A stretch of 64,000 nt of DNA, taken from NCBI RefSeq assembly GCF_018350175.1, contig NC_058369.1:8556001-8620000 (forward strand), given 5' to 3'. The notes beneath the pieces are model-generated. The model did not search any database, was not told where the DNA came from, and was given only the letters and a program-made list of their open reading frames with translations. Source of the stretch: Felis catus. Its lineage: Eukaryota. The position numbers and the translations under genes were made by a program. Position 1 is the first letter of the stretch. Every line of letters starts with the position of its first letter. Shown here piece by piece: positions 23,278-36,000 of the stretch.

Positions 23278-23440
23278 CAGCTGGGTCAGCAGCTGCCTCC
23301 GCCGGACACAGCTGACCAGGCCCTTCCCGGCCAGGCGCCTCCAAGTGGCAGCTCCCCCGAGGGGGCGGGACCACACGCAGCCTGGGCCGAGATAAACGGG
23401 AGGCGGCCGCCCTGCAGCCCCGGCGGGAGGGGGCGGGGCC
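23278..23440 (-). promoter_or_regulatory. EPOR TATA-less promoter and 5' UTR: GATA site, Sp1 site, three E-boxes
   Basis: AGATAA 23390-23395, GGGCGG 23363-23368, and CAGCTG at 23278, 23290 and 23309. This matches the known GATA1/Sp1/TAL1 layout of mammalian EPOR promoters. Confidence 0.85.
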
Positions 23441-24299
23441 CTTAGAGACCCCGCGACTGCTTGGGGGTCAGGGACAGTGCCGGTTTCTGCACTTTCTTAC
23501 TGTGTGACTCTGGACAGGTGGCTTATCTGAGCTTCAGCCTTCTCATCTATCAAATCCGGTTTGGCACATAGCAAATATTCCAAAAATGTAACATACTGGT
23601 ATTATCGTGCTAATCAACATCTCTTCCCAGTCTGGGTAGGAATAAATAATCGTAATAGCGACGGGCGGTTGAGTGCGCAGTGCTAGGCAGTGTGGCCAGA
23701 CGATATATACCATACATATATTCTGGCATGTTGGTAAAACAACATTCTGGATGTTGAAATTTGTGATTTTTAAAAAAGTTTTTATTTTTGACAGAGAGAG
23801 AGACAGAGAATCCGAAGCAGGAATTCCAGTACAAAGCGTGAAAGCTATTTGCTTGGGCTCAGCTTCTTAAACTAGGGTTAACACTGGAACAGAGGTAAGT
23901 GCTTGGGGGGAAGGGGTGGATACTTGCGCCCGCCCTGCCCCAGAGTAGCCAATCAGAACACTCCATTTTCTGGAGCACCGTGATTGGTCCAGCGTGGGCA
24001 TGTGACCCAAAGGGATCCAATGAGCCTCCGCCCTGGGACTTTACTCAAAGTTACTGGGAAAAGGGTGACCGTTTCTATTGGGCCATGAGGGCGTATCCAG
24101 AGATATCTTCTCTACTAAGGAGGGGAGAAATTACCTGATGGTGAAGCTAACACAGGCTTTTACACCCTGTTACCTCTATCTGAAACTCTTCCTCTAAATA
24201 TCCACAGGGCTCAGTCCTTTATTCAGGCTTCTGCCCAAATGTCACCTCCTCAGTGACATTTGCCCCCTGGGATGACCCCATTTAAAATAGCAACCATCT

Positions 24300-24497
24300 G
24301 GGGGTGCCTGGGTGGCTCAGTCGGTCGAGCTTCCGACTTCGGCTCAGGTCATGATCTTGTGGTTGATGAGTTCGAGCCCCATGTCCGGCTCTGTGCTGAC
24401 AGCTCAGAGCCTGGAGCCTGCTGAGGATTCTGTATCTCCCTCTCTCTACACCCCCCCCCCAACTTTCTCTCAAAATAAATAAACTTAAAAAAAAAAT
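24300..24497 (+). mobile_element. Can-SINE
   Basis: Canonical head and A tail, flanked by the probable duplication AAAATAGC. Confidence 0.85.
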
Positions 24498-24694
24498 AGC
24501 GACCTTCTCATCCCACACCCCTGTCGCTCTTAAATGGATGATGGTGATGATTTTACATTCCCTGTTTATTATCACCTAATAAGCATTTGATGTTCTGTTA
24601 CTGATTTGCCGCCCTCACTAGTTCATTTTGTTCATTTGTGTATCCCTAGCACCTAGAACAGGGCCTGGCACACAGCAGGAGAAATAGTTGTGGA

Positions 24695-24872
24695 GGGGTA
24701 CGTAGGTGGTTCAGTGGGTAAGCGTCCCACTCGATTTCGGCTCAGATCATGATCTCCCGGGTTGTGGGTTTGAGCCCCATGTCGGGTTCCTCGCTGACAG
24801 TGCAGAGCCTGCTTGGGATTCTGTCTCTCTGTCTCTGCCCCTCCCCCGTTCTCTCTCTCAAAAGAAATAAAT
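24695..24872 (+). mobile_element. Can-SINE (diverged)
   Basis: GGTGGTTCAGTGGGTAAGCGTCC...GCCTGCTTGGGATTCTG. Confidence 0.75.
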
Positions 24873-25117
24873 GTATCTGTGGAGTAAAAGATTAGAGAAA
24901 CACTAAGCCAGGAGATGTAAAGAAATGGGTGATACTGTGTCAGCCCCTGGATACAGCTGTGCCTGAGCGCCCCTGAACTTAAAAAAAAAAAAAAAAAAAA
25001 GCCATAGTGATGCAGCAGTAATCCCTCCCTCAGGAAATTGGCCTTTGCACCGTGCGTGAAACAGCGTGAGAGGCAGAAAGCATAAGCTGTGGTTATGAGA
25101 GGAAAAGTAACCCAGTG

Positions 25118-25347
25118 TTTTTTTTTATTATTATTAAAAAAAATTTTTTTAACGTTTATTTATTTTTGAGACAGAGAGAGACAGAGCATGAACAGGGGAG
25201 GGGCAGAGAGAGAGGGAGACACAGAATCTGAAACAGGCTCCTGAGCTGTCAGCACAGAGCCCGACGCGGGGCTCGAACTCACGGGCTGTGAGATCATGAC
25301 CTGAGCCGAAGTCGGACACTTACCCGACCGAGCCACCCAGGCGCCCC
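25118..25347 (-). mobile_element. SINEC_Fc-type element
   Basis: Reverse complement of the consensus, ending GAGCCACCCAGGCGCCCC. Duplication AGTAACCCAGTG on both sides. Confidence 0.92.
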
Positions 25348-25789
25348 AGTAACCCAGTGGTTAAGGGAGGGCATGTGTTCTGGCACAACACACATCATTC
25401 AGGTTTGAGCCCCAACCTTGCCACCTTGGATAAATTACTTAATCCTCACTAGGCTCAGTTCTTCATGTATAAAATAGACATATGGAATGTCTACTATTCC
25501 ATAAAGCTAGTATCAGGATTTGGTGAGCTCAATTAGGTAAAGTTCTTAGGACAGTACATAGTAAGCCCTCAGTAAAAATAAGTTATTTTATTGAAATCTA
25601 ACTGACATATTACATTGCGTAGCAATTATTATTTGCTGAAGCTATTTCAAGAAGGATACTGTTGCTTACATCTGACTGGTCCTATGGTCTTAATATTCAT
25701 AGCCACAACAACAAAAGCCTGCAAAATAGCATGTTCTGTTCTGTAATTGGTCTTTTCCCAGACAGTACGTGATGCTTAGGTTCTCCTTT

Positions 25790-26000
25790 TTGTTGTTGTT
25801 GTTGTTGATTTATTTTATTTTATTTTTGAGAGAGAGAGACAGGGAAGGCGGGGCAGAGAGTGAAGGAGACAGAGCAGAGGATCCAAAGTGGGCTCGCCCC
25901 TGACAGCAGACAGCCCGACCCAGGGCTGGAACTCACGAACCATACATTCATGATCTGAGCCAAAATCAAGAATCTGATGCTTAATCTACTGAGCCACCCT
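25790..26000 (-). mobile_element. Can-SINE (diverged)
   Basis: T-rich tail, (GA)n tract and ...CTGAGCCACCC end. Confidence 0.75.
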
Positions 26001-27017
26001 TCCCCTAGTAACAGTACTCAAATGTAATTTCCATGTATGCGCCCTCCCAGGCTCTAGTCTTTGTGATCTGAAGTTGCTCTTCTGGCTCAAAGCATGGGCA
26101 CAGGACCCAGACCTGGACAATCTGCCTATTAACATTTCTCTGAGTACAGTGATTGGTGCAGGGGTGGCCACGTGACATGAGTTAGTCCAATGGGCATCTG
26201 TTCTGGGACTTTTGCTTGACCTGATGGAAGGGAGGGGCTCTCCTTGCATGGGAAGGTGTGAGCCTGCCTTGCAGTGGGGCTATATTAATTAGATGCTATT
26301 TTGGCTACTGTAACAGACCCAAATAATAGTGGCTTAAGTAAGATATACATCTATTTCTCTCTATGGAACAATCCAAGTAGTGGCAATACAGTATGGCTGC
26401 ACCCTGGTCTCAGAGGGCCAGGCACCTTCAAGTTTGTTGCTCAGTTATTCAAAGAACATGAACCCCCCCTCAATCCAAGATGATCCACTCCACTGCTTCA
26501 TTCTAACCAGCGCGGGGGGGGGGGGGGCGGTTAGAAAAGAGGGAAGGGGAGGACACAAGCCTTAAACCCAGACTAAAATTTGCTCACATCCCATTGGTCA
26601 AGACTTAGTCACATGACCGCACTTTGCTGCAAGGGAGACTGGAAATGTGTTTTCTACTCTGGGTGGCCAGCTAAAAATCAGTGGTTGCTCTATTCCCAGA
26701 GATGGTGGCTAGATTTGGCTGGGGGGGGCGGGGGAGGGTACAGTCTCCTCAGCAAATCAGAGCCCAAAGACCGCAACAAAATCCTGATATGTTTGGAATC
26801 CCTGGATCCAACGGTGACTGACGCTGGACTCAACTGAACTTTTCGAATACACGAGCCATTCGTTTCCCGTTTTGCATGTCTGTTTGAATTGGTTTCTGAA
26901 CACTCGCAGCACAAAGAACCCTGATTAACAGTGAGATATATAAAGCCCCTAGTTGATGTACAGCATGGAGTAGAAGTCCCTACGTGAACACACTATTGCT
27001 AAGAATGCGGTTGTGGC

Positions 27018-27228
27018 GGGGGCCTGGGTGGCTCCGTCGGTTAAGCGTCCAACTTCGGCTCCGGGACATGATCCTGCAGTTCATGAGCTTAAGCCCCGAG
27101 TCAGGTTCTGAGCCCCGCATCGCACTCAGCGCAGAGCCTGCTTGGGATTCTCTCTCCCTCTCTCTCTCTCTCTCTCTGCCCGTCCCCACCACACACTCTC
27201 TAAATAAATAAATAAACTTACAAAAAAA
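27018..27228 (+). mobile_element. Can-SINE
   Basis: GGGGGCCTGGGTGGCTCCGTCGGTTAAGCGTCC head, (CT)n tract and (TAAA)n tail. Confidence 0.85.
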
Positions 27229-27577
27229 TGAATGTAGTTGTTTCTGTTGTTACGACTGTGTTGCAGGTGGCCTTATGGGTCCCTTTATCTCTACCTGCTC
27301 TGTTTCTTCTTCCTACCCCAGCACAGAGAGACAGGGTACCCCTCTCATCCTCACACCCCATTGACTTAAGGGTGATGATGTCGTTTGTCTCAGATGCCAG
27401 TGGAACTTGACTTCTTCAGTCTCCCACACCCATGGCGGAAAAGCAGCGTATCGCCCCCCCCAAATGTTGGGGAGTCCCGCCCCCTGCGTGTGTGACAGCC
27501 CCTCCCCCTCCGGCATCCGGTCATGTCTCGCCCAGACCCTTTCATGAGGCCGTTGGGGTTTTTTTCAGTTTTTGTTT

Positions 27578-27583
27578 TTTAAT
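27578..27583 (-). terminator. Candidate RGL3 polyadenylation signal (ATTAAA)
   Basis: TTTAAT on the + strand, about 420 nt beyond the RGL3 stop codon. Confidence 0.45.
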
Positions 27584-28002
27584 TTTGATCTTGATCAAGA
27601 GAGAACACGAGGCACAGAACAGACAAGACCCATCTCCTGTTTCATAACCTTGGGCACTGTTTTCATCCACTTCCGTCCCCCCCCCCCCACTCCCCCGGTT
27701 GTCAGATTTCTCTGGGGAAGGGTCTGACCCCCCCTGCCCCCATCCGTGCCCCACCTGCCTTCTATGTTTATGGGATGAAACTCTTCATCCGGCCACTCAT
27801 GGACTGATGGCTTTGGAATGAGGATCAAGTACCGGGAGTGTCAGAGAGATGGCATTCGATGAAGTTGGGGGTGGGGGGGTGGGGGTCACACGGTACAGAG
27901 CACAATGGCTCTATGGGGGAATGGGACTTTTCTGGGAGAGGAGGCCTCTCCCCACATCCATGGTGGCAGGGACCAGGCCCCTAGAGGGAGAAGAGGGCCC
28001 CC

Positions 28003-30009
28003 TCAGGTCGAGGAGATGGTAGCTGTGTGCCGGGCCCCGTCCTTCCGCCGCAGCACAAAGTCTCTAGGGGCGGCGGGACTCATTGCATAGAAGACATTGG
28101 CGTTGTCAGGAATCGGCAGCTCTGGCCAGGGGTGGACACGATGGTAAAAGGCCTGCACCACCTCATATCCCACCACGAAAGACCGAAGTAACCTGCCATT
28201 TACTCTGGCACAACCACCTTGGGTCCCTTCAGCCAGTGCTGAGCCGTCCTCTCGTGGACAACTTCCCACTCAAAGCCTGCACAACCTCAAGTCTCTCCCA
28301 CCACGTCCGCCGCGGACCTGGACAACCTCCCGCTATTTCTCTCTGGAGTCTACGCAGCCTGTGCCGGAAGGCTGGACAAACTCGGGTCACCCATCCCAAA
28401 CAACTTCCTTTTCACCCGGCCAACTCCCAGCCAAGTTCCTGCCGCCCTCACCGTGAACTTGGACACCTTCTGACTTCCTACATCCATCCTGTATAGTCTG
28501 TGGCCCTCGCACTTGATAGTTGAACAATTTCCTATATGCCTTCTTAACGTCCCCCCAAACTCATGTCGTGCCCTCTCCTTCTTGAGAACTGGGGAACCTT
28601 CGATCTGTGTCTGGATTGGGCATCATCATGTTCCCCCTACCCTGAATTTCAATACCACGTGGCGTGCCACATTCAGAGACTTCAGGGTCCCCATGCTGAG
28701 CTGGGACAAACCCATTTCTTCACAAACTCAAGCCCAGACCCCTCTTTAGACCCCCACCCCGCCAGGCTGAGCCTGAACAACCTCATGATCCTACAAATTT
28801 AAGCCAAGGCAACCTCCTTTCCTCCCTCTCCCATGTGACCCTGGACAATTTCATTTCCCCACAGATCCCAACAAGACACCTGTCGTGTCCCCCTTTCTCT
28901 CACACAGCCAGGGCAACCTCGTGACCCCACAAAATCAAGGCACGGATATTTTACTGCCTCTTACCCCCACCCTGCTTTATCTTACCCTTACTCTGTGTCC
29001 GAGTGGAACCACCTCATGGCCCTGTTAAGGCCAGTCTTGACCCTCGTCAACCTGCTGCCCTCCTAGCTAATCCCCAGTCCAGCCTCCAAGCAGTCCCTAC
29101 TCACCCCTGTCCCCCGGAAGGACTTGGAAAAGCTGGTAGTCACGGGCCCAGGGCTCGGCCACATTGTGCTTTTGCAGGGCTCGCTGCACCACGCTGGGGG
29201 CCTTGTCCTGACTGGTGAGCTGGGAAGAGAAGGTGGGTGGTGAGGTGTGACCGCCAAGTTCCAAGGGCAGGGCTGCCCCGGCAGGTTCCCGGCTCAACCC
29301 CTCACCAAGATGCTCCGATACAGGTTCCCGTGGTCATTGTCAATGCTGACGCGGATGACTCGAGCCTCTGATCCCTGCTGCCCCGGTAAGGAGATGTGAG
29401 AGCCGCTCAGAGGCAAAGCCAAGGGCCGGGGGCCTGCCAGGTCCGGGCTCAGGGGCAGCTGTAGGCAGTGGGGGTGGGGGCTGAGTGGTGGGAGCCTTAT
29501 ATATCCCACTACACAACTGGAGCCTGGGGACGGGCAATCAGGGTGCACTCGCGAGCCCACATCTCCACCATCCCATCACATACAGACCTTCGTGCCCTGT
29601 TACAAAGACAAACTTACACATGGCCAATAGACACATGAGAAATCCTATGTACACGGACAGCAGCAAATACACACAAACGCTTATGATTGTTGTACATCCA
29701 CAAGTCCATCAACAGCCCCGTTCATGGTCCCGTGGATACTGGGGATATTTATGCCCATGTTTCCACTCTAGGTATGCGCATTCCTGGGGACACACATATC
29801 CTTGCAAAGGTGTGATCACATCCAAAAGTGCCCTGTGGGCAAGCTGACTCATGGGTCCAGGGCCGAGCACAAGCCAGACTGAGGGATAATCCCTCAAACA
29901 GGGCCATGGAGATGCACGGGGTCTCCTGGACAGACACCCAGGGTGCTCAGCCAAGCACGTGTACAGTCTCTTATGTACATGCCTGGTCATGAAACCACAC
30001 ACGCACGTG

Positions 30010-30046
<37 letters not shown>

Positions 30047-33000
30047 CCCTGGGTGCCCACAGTCCCACACGCACGCAGGCAGTCTTGGTACCTTGGTGGT
30101 GGGGCTCTGGGGCCCTGGAGAGGCCGGGGGACTGCCAGGAGGAGGGTCTCTGGTTCTAGGACTAGACGGCGGGGACCCTGGGGAAAGACTGAGGGAGATA
30201 CAGAGCCTGAGGTCGAGCGGCCGCCCTGACCTCTGACCCTGCCATCTCCACTCCTTTCACTAACTGGGATACTCACCTGGAGGTGGGGGACGAGGGGTCC
30301 CCAGGACTCCCACCAGGGGATGAGCCCTTCTCTCGGGACAGCTTTCTAAAGATAGAGACGAGGGATGAGGAGGAGATCAGTCTCGGGCCCCGGAGCGCTC
30401 TCCCGTCTCTGCCCACCCCTGTCCCCACGCACACCCCGAGACTCACGCACTGAGGCGCTTGGTGAGGCTGAGGCGCCGTCGGATGCGTGGGGAGCTGGGG
30501 CAGGAGGCAGCTGGCGGCTCAATGACACGGGAGACGTGGTAGCTGAGGAGTCAAGGTGCACATGGGGTGGGGTGGGGCCAGGAATCAGCAGGGAATGAGC
30601 TGAAAGCTTGGCTAGAATCAGTGAAGAGCCGCATTTGGGGGGCATGGAGGGGGGGTGCGGCAGGAGTTGGGCACCAAGTGTCAGTGTCAGGGTAGGAAAT
30701 GGCGGGCTATTAGGCCACCGGGGTCTTATTAGTTATGAGAAGGATGGCTTGGTTGGCAGGTCACGTGGGGATTGGCTGCGTGGGATTGAGGAGTAAAATT
30801 GGGTCAAAGATGGAGTTCCCAGTCGAGTGATCATTGGGGTCAATGACCGGGACAATGGATTCAACAGAATGAAAAGAAACGGTTGGGAGAGGTGAGTTGG
30901 ATGGTCAGATGCACATCAAAGTTGGAGTCAGTTATTCAGAACCGGGGGTCAATGACTGGGCTCAGAGATCCAGACTGGGGTTACAAATGGGGTCACAGGT
31001 CAGACAGGGTCAGAAGGTGGGGAGGCAAGCAGATGGGACAGGTGACTGGAATGGCCAGCTGTCCATTAAAGGCTGAAGTCAGAGAGTCAGATGGGGTCAA
31101 AATCTGAGGTGAACTGGGACTCTCGGTGGACTGGGGAAAATGCAAGGTCATAGGTTGGGGGTCGGGGCTCAGGAGGGTGTCGGAGGAGGTGGAGCGACAC
31201 GTGTGTGCCATCGCGGGGGGATGGTGGCTGGACTGAGTCACCTCTGCTCCTCGCTGAGCTGGCGCTGGGCACGCAGGGCCACCAGGATGGGTGCGCGGGG
31301 ACTCAGGCAGTAGTTCCGACAGCGCTTCTGCAGCTGCTGGATGTGGGCCAGGATTTCCCACTCCTGAGGGGGCGGGGCCTCTGAGAAGCTGCCCTGGCCC
31401 TGCCCCCACCCCGTCCCCCCCATGCCCACCCAGTGTCACTCACCTTCCTCCTCTTCTCAAAGTTGATGAGATCCCCCTGGGGGAAAACTTTGTCTGAACT
31501 GGAGCCTCCAGAATCGAGGACTGAGGGTCAAGGTCAGGGGCTGGGATGTCAGGAGCCCCACTGCGCTAAGGGGGCCGGGGTAGGGAGTGCGGGCAGGGTC
31601 AAGGGGAGGATGTCAGGAGGCCCACTGTGCTGAGGGGAAGTGGTGCTGGGGTCAGGAGTCAAGGGTCAGGGGTCAGACCTCCAGCATGTCCGGCAGGGCT
31701 GTGTCCAGCATAACCAGGTCCGTGAGAAAGGTGCCAAGGTAAGGGACAGGGCCTGGGGGCAGTTTCTGTGGCCCCAGAACTCCAGTCACTCTCAGCCGTC
31801 ACTGACCCCATCACGTAGCACCCCATTCCGTGAAGATTCTGCTCGTCCCCCCATCCCAAACCACCTCACTCACTGGGGGCGGGCTTCCTGGGAGGGGGTC
31901 CTCCTCTTGGGGGCCCTCGGTGGCCTCCTCCTGGGGGAAGGGAAGAACTGAGCAGTCCTGGGGTCTCTCTGACCCTTTTTCTCAGGAAACATGTCTCAAG
32001 ACCCACCACCTACACCTGTTTGCCTTCAGCGGCCACCAGCCAGTTGTAAAAACCAAACCCGGGGAAAACCGAACAAAGGAAGCGAGCCGATTAGCAGCCT
32101 CCTCCAGGGCTGGCCTCAACCCGGGTGAGAAGGCTTGTCCCGGCCTGAATGGCACAGGCCTGCTATCCATACCCTGAACCTTGCCTTCACAGCATCGCTC
32201 TATCTGGTAATTCATTATATCATCGCTAGGCCGTTATTATTGCGTTGTGTGTCTCCCTATATAAGGCCTGATATCCCCCCACCCCCGCCCAGGGCAGGAA
32301 CCTCGTCTGTCTGGCTCATGGTAGGAGTCTCCTGGCACAGTGCCCGCCACACGGTAGGCGCTGAATTCAGAGCTCCCTGCTCCTTGACCTCTTATCCTTA
32401 TTCGAGACATGCATTCACTCACAGATATTTATTGAGCAGCTACTCTGGGCCAGGCTCTGTTCTGAGTGCTAGGGAGGGAGCGGTGAGCCAAAGAGACCAG
32501 AAAATCCTGGCTTCGCAGAGCAGACATTAGCCAGGGAGAGGCAGCACTAACCAAGCTGCACATGTACCAGGCAGAGATAGGGCGATAAGGCAGCAAGCGA
32601 AGCGAGACCTGAAGGAGGTGAATGTGAAGAATGTTCTGGGCCGAAGGAACAGGCTTCACATTCCATCTAGTCTGGATTCACCCTAAGAACCAGCACCCAG
32701 CTGCAGTTAAAATCTAAATCTGGCCTACACCTCGTCTGCCTTGCGGGCACGTAAGTTTTAGTTTTGCTTCTCAAAGTCAAGTCCTAGCACAATTTTATTT
32801 TTTTTACTCTTTGCTAGGACTCTGGCCCCAAGCGACCTTCTCCATGTAACTTCTGGTATTTGTTGAATGAATAAACAAGGCAGCCACTGCGTGTGAGCTG
32901 TAAGGAGGGCGGCCGAGGCAGTAAAGCCCTGGGGCTGTCTGCTAACACGGGGGGAAGGTCATTGCTGAGGTGTGTTGGAAGGACACTGAATGTTATGACA

Positions 33001-36000
33001 ATGACAAGCCATGCCCTGCCCGGCCCCAGGTCCCTTTTTTGGGGGCCGGGGATCCTCGGGGTCCACACCCATCTTTACCTGGGAAAGAATCTCTCTACTG
33101 CTGAGGTGGTTGTTCTCATCGGAGAAAATCTTCGAGAGTTTTCTGAAAGTGGATAACCGTTCCCTGGGGCGGGGGGCAAGAGAGGGGTCACGGATCAGCG
33201 CCTGGGAAGGTCAGAGCGGCGCTGGGGGGGGGGGGGGAGGAGGGCCCGCCCCAGCGTCACCAACCCTCCTTCCCTCCTTCTCCCGTCCTCACCGGCTAAC
33301 GGCGCCCCAGCTCCGCTTGAGGCGGTAGATGGGGTTAGACTGCAGGGCTGACAGTATGGCGCGCAGGGAGGAGAAGTTCCGCAGTTCGCGGCAGCGCTGG
33401 ACGGGTGGGGCGGGGGCGCTGGTCACACCCCCAAGCCTGACCCCCAGCTATGATCCACCTTTGATCCGAGACTTCTGACCCCAGGCCAGACTCCTACAAC
33501 TCGCCCCCCCCCCCATCTGACAGGCTACCAAGAGTCAGCCTCCTCCCTCGGGATCCTCCACTCTCCCCCACCTGCCCCTCCACTCCTTACCTGGCACCTG
33601 TTCCTCCCTTCTCGCTTCTCCCCGAGCCCTAGAGGTACCCACAGTATCCCCCCAGGACCCAGAGCTCTCCTCCCCGAAGCTAGGTCTCACCCCGCGTGGG
33701 TATCAACCGTTTACCCTCTTTCCCCCCTCTTCCCCGCCTCCCACTCGAGTGGGCCCCCAATTTGTTTCTCTTCTTCAGCCTTGAGGCTCTTGCCCCGCCC
33801 CTACCCTACCCAGTCCCTGTAGGGACCTCCGCCCCCTTCTCCGGGCTTCGGTCCTTCCTCCAACCCACGGTCTCCCCATTACCTTCTCCCACCCCATCCT
33901 CTTATCCCTAAACCCACAGTGTCCCCCCTCTGCCGTCCTGGACCCCAGCCCTGGACCCCTTCCAGGCTTTCCCTTAGGTACCTCGCAACCCCAACCCTCC
34001 CCTCGTTGCTAGAGCCCTGTCTTGGGCCTTCCGCCTCCAGTCCCCGGCCTCTCACCAGGCCTGTTCCCCACCCCGTGCCCCACCCCCGCCCCCCACCCCC
34101 CAACAAGCACCTGGGCGATGCGGATCCACTTCTCCAGCCGCTGCGCCCTCTGTGGGGCGGCCAGGCCCTGCGCTCCGAGCACCGAGCCCAGCACGCAACC
34201 GATCACCATGTTGAACTGGGTCACGGTGGCTCGCACAGTGGGGGCAGTACCTGCGGCCCCTGGACGGTCTCGCTGTGACCACACGGAGCCCAGGCACTCG
34301 CAGGGCCGCACCCGAGAAAAGAGCTCCTGGGCGAAGGGAGGCGGTGGGGGTGGGTGGGTAGGATCTGTGCTCTGCGGAACCCGCCCCGTTACCGCGTCCC
34401 ACCCGGGCCTCACCACATCCATCAGGGTCAGCTGCTCGGCCACTTCGTCTACACTGAAGTCTAGGAGCTCAGGGCCTTCCCGCGCCACTGCTTCCTCCTC
34501 TTCCCAGCAGCCTTCTGGGGAGTCTGGGCGTGGGGTCTGGGTAGCTCCAGGAGGTACTGAGGGAGTATAAGAAGGGGTTCGAATCCAGGACTGGCTTTGG
34601 GACCTTGGACGAGTGCCTTAGTGTCTCTGAGTCTCACTTTACTTATCTGCAAAATGGAAACCTCCCTGAGGATTTTTAAGGGTGTCAGAGCAACAGAAAC
34701 GTTCATTTAGCGCCTTGGGTGGTAGTCCACACTAGGCGATTTAACACAGTAACCCAGTGAGGGAGGTATTGTTATCTACCTTCCACAGATGGGGAAACTG
34801 AGGCAGGAAAAATTTGCCCTAAGTCGCACCTTCAGGGAATGGCAGGGCAGGGATTTGAAGCCAGGTGCTTACAGGTTAGAGTAGAAAAGAGAGGTTTGTG
34901 GGTTTTGTTTTGTTTTTGAACCTATATGAAAATAAGATCTGTCTACCCTATTGTGGCGAGAGGTGGTATAATTTTGTAGGGAAGGGAAGGCTATTGGCAG
35001 TCCCAAGTCCAAATCCAAATTTGTCTACCAGGCTTGCTATGTGAACTTTAACCTCCCTTGTGCCTTGATTTCTTTATCTGGATTTTTAAAAAAATCAAAC
35101 AGGATCATACATACTTGACTGTCATAAAATAATCAATAGGAATGATTTTTGGGGCGCCTGGCTGGCTCAACCAGTACAGCATGAGACTCTTGATATCAGG
35201 GTGGTGAGTTCAAGTCCACATTGGGCGTGGATTCTACTTAATTAAAAAAAAAAAAAAAAAGATTTTTCCCATAGTGGGATTCGGTGGTGGCGCCCCCTAG
35301 GGGACATTTTGGAAATTGAAATCTGCCACCAGGGAGCTGACAGGCTCAGTGAATTTGTGCCACTCCACCTCCAGATGCCACTTCAGGACATTTGCGTCTT
35401 TGGAAAACCTGTTTACAATAATCTGCACCTACAACCCAACTCTCTTGCTCATGACCACCCATTAGTTTGGCTCCAGGACTGCAAGAACTGTCAAAGTCTG
35501 GATCCTTTTTGTTTGGAAATTACGAGTGTTCGCCATTCTGGAAAGCGATGTCCCCAGTGTTTATGCTACTGCACCTGTGTGGTACATTAGTTGGTGTTTG
35601 TGAGTGTCACATTCACCATGACGCTATGAGAGACAAAGGCTCTGGACCACGTCATCACGTCCCCTAGTAAGACATGCCTAAGGGCTAACACAGCAACAAG
35701 CATAGTTTATTATTGTATGAACTGCTTTCACTTTATTTCTCCTTCATATTAGAGTTACAGCACCATAGTATTATTTTTTACTTACCTTTGTAAGTGCATT
35801 TAATTAGCTGTGTTTAATTTCAAGTTAGGACAGATGGTGTTGCAAAATCATAGTTTTAAAAAGTTGTCATTGGAAAAAAAATTGCACCTCAATTAATCAA
35901 ATCTGTAGGTCTTACAGCAAATATGGGGATAGAAGAACATGCTACATGTCACCATGAGACAGCAAACAGGTAAGTGGAGAATGTGAGACCTTCCTCAGGA

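Noticed and set aside
28255-28920. Repeat-spacer pattern superficially like a CRISPR array
   Set aside because: Mammalian intron. The repeats are short, degenerate and irregularly spaced, and there are no cas genes. Kept only as a motif cluster.
34327-34413. Other in-frame, stop-free short introns: RGL3 intron 6 (87 nt), ODAD3 intron 5 (45130-45228, 99 nt) and a PRKCSH intron (58394-58465, 72 nt)
   Set aside because: About a third of short GC-rich introns are multiples of three and often lack stops. Unlike EPOR intron 7, I know of no retention precedent for these.
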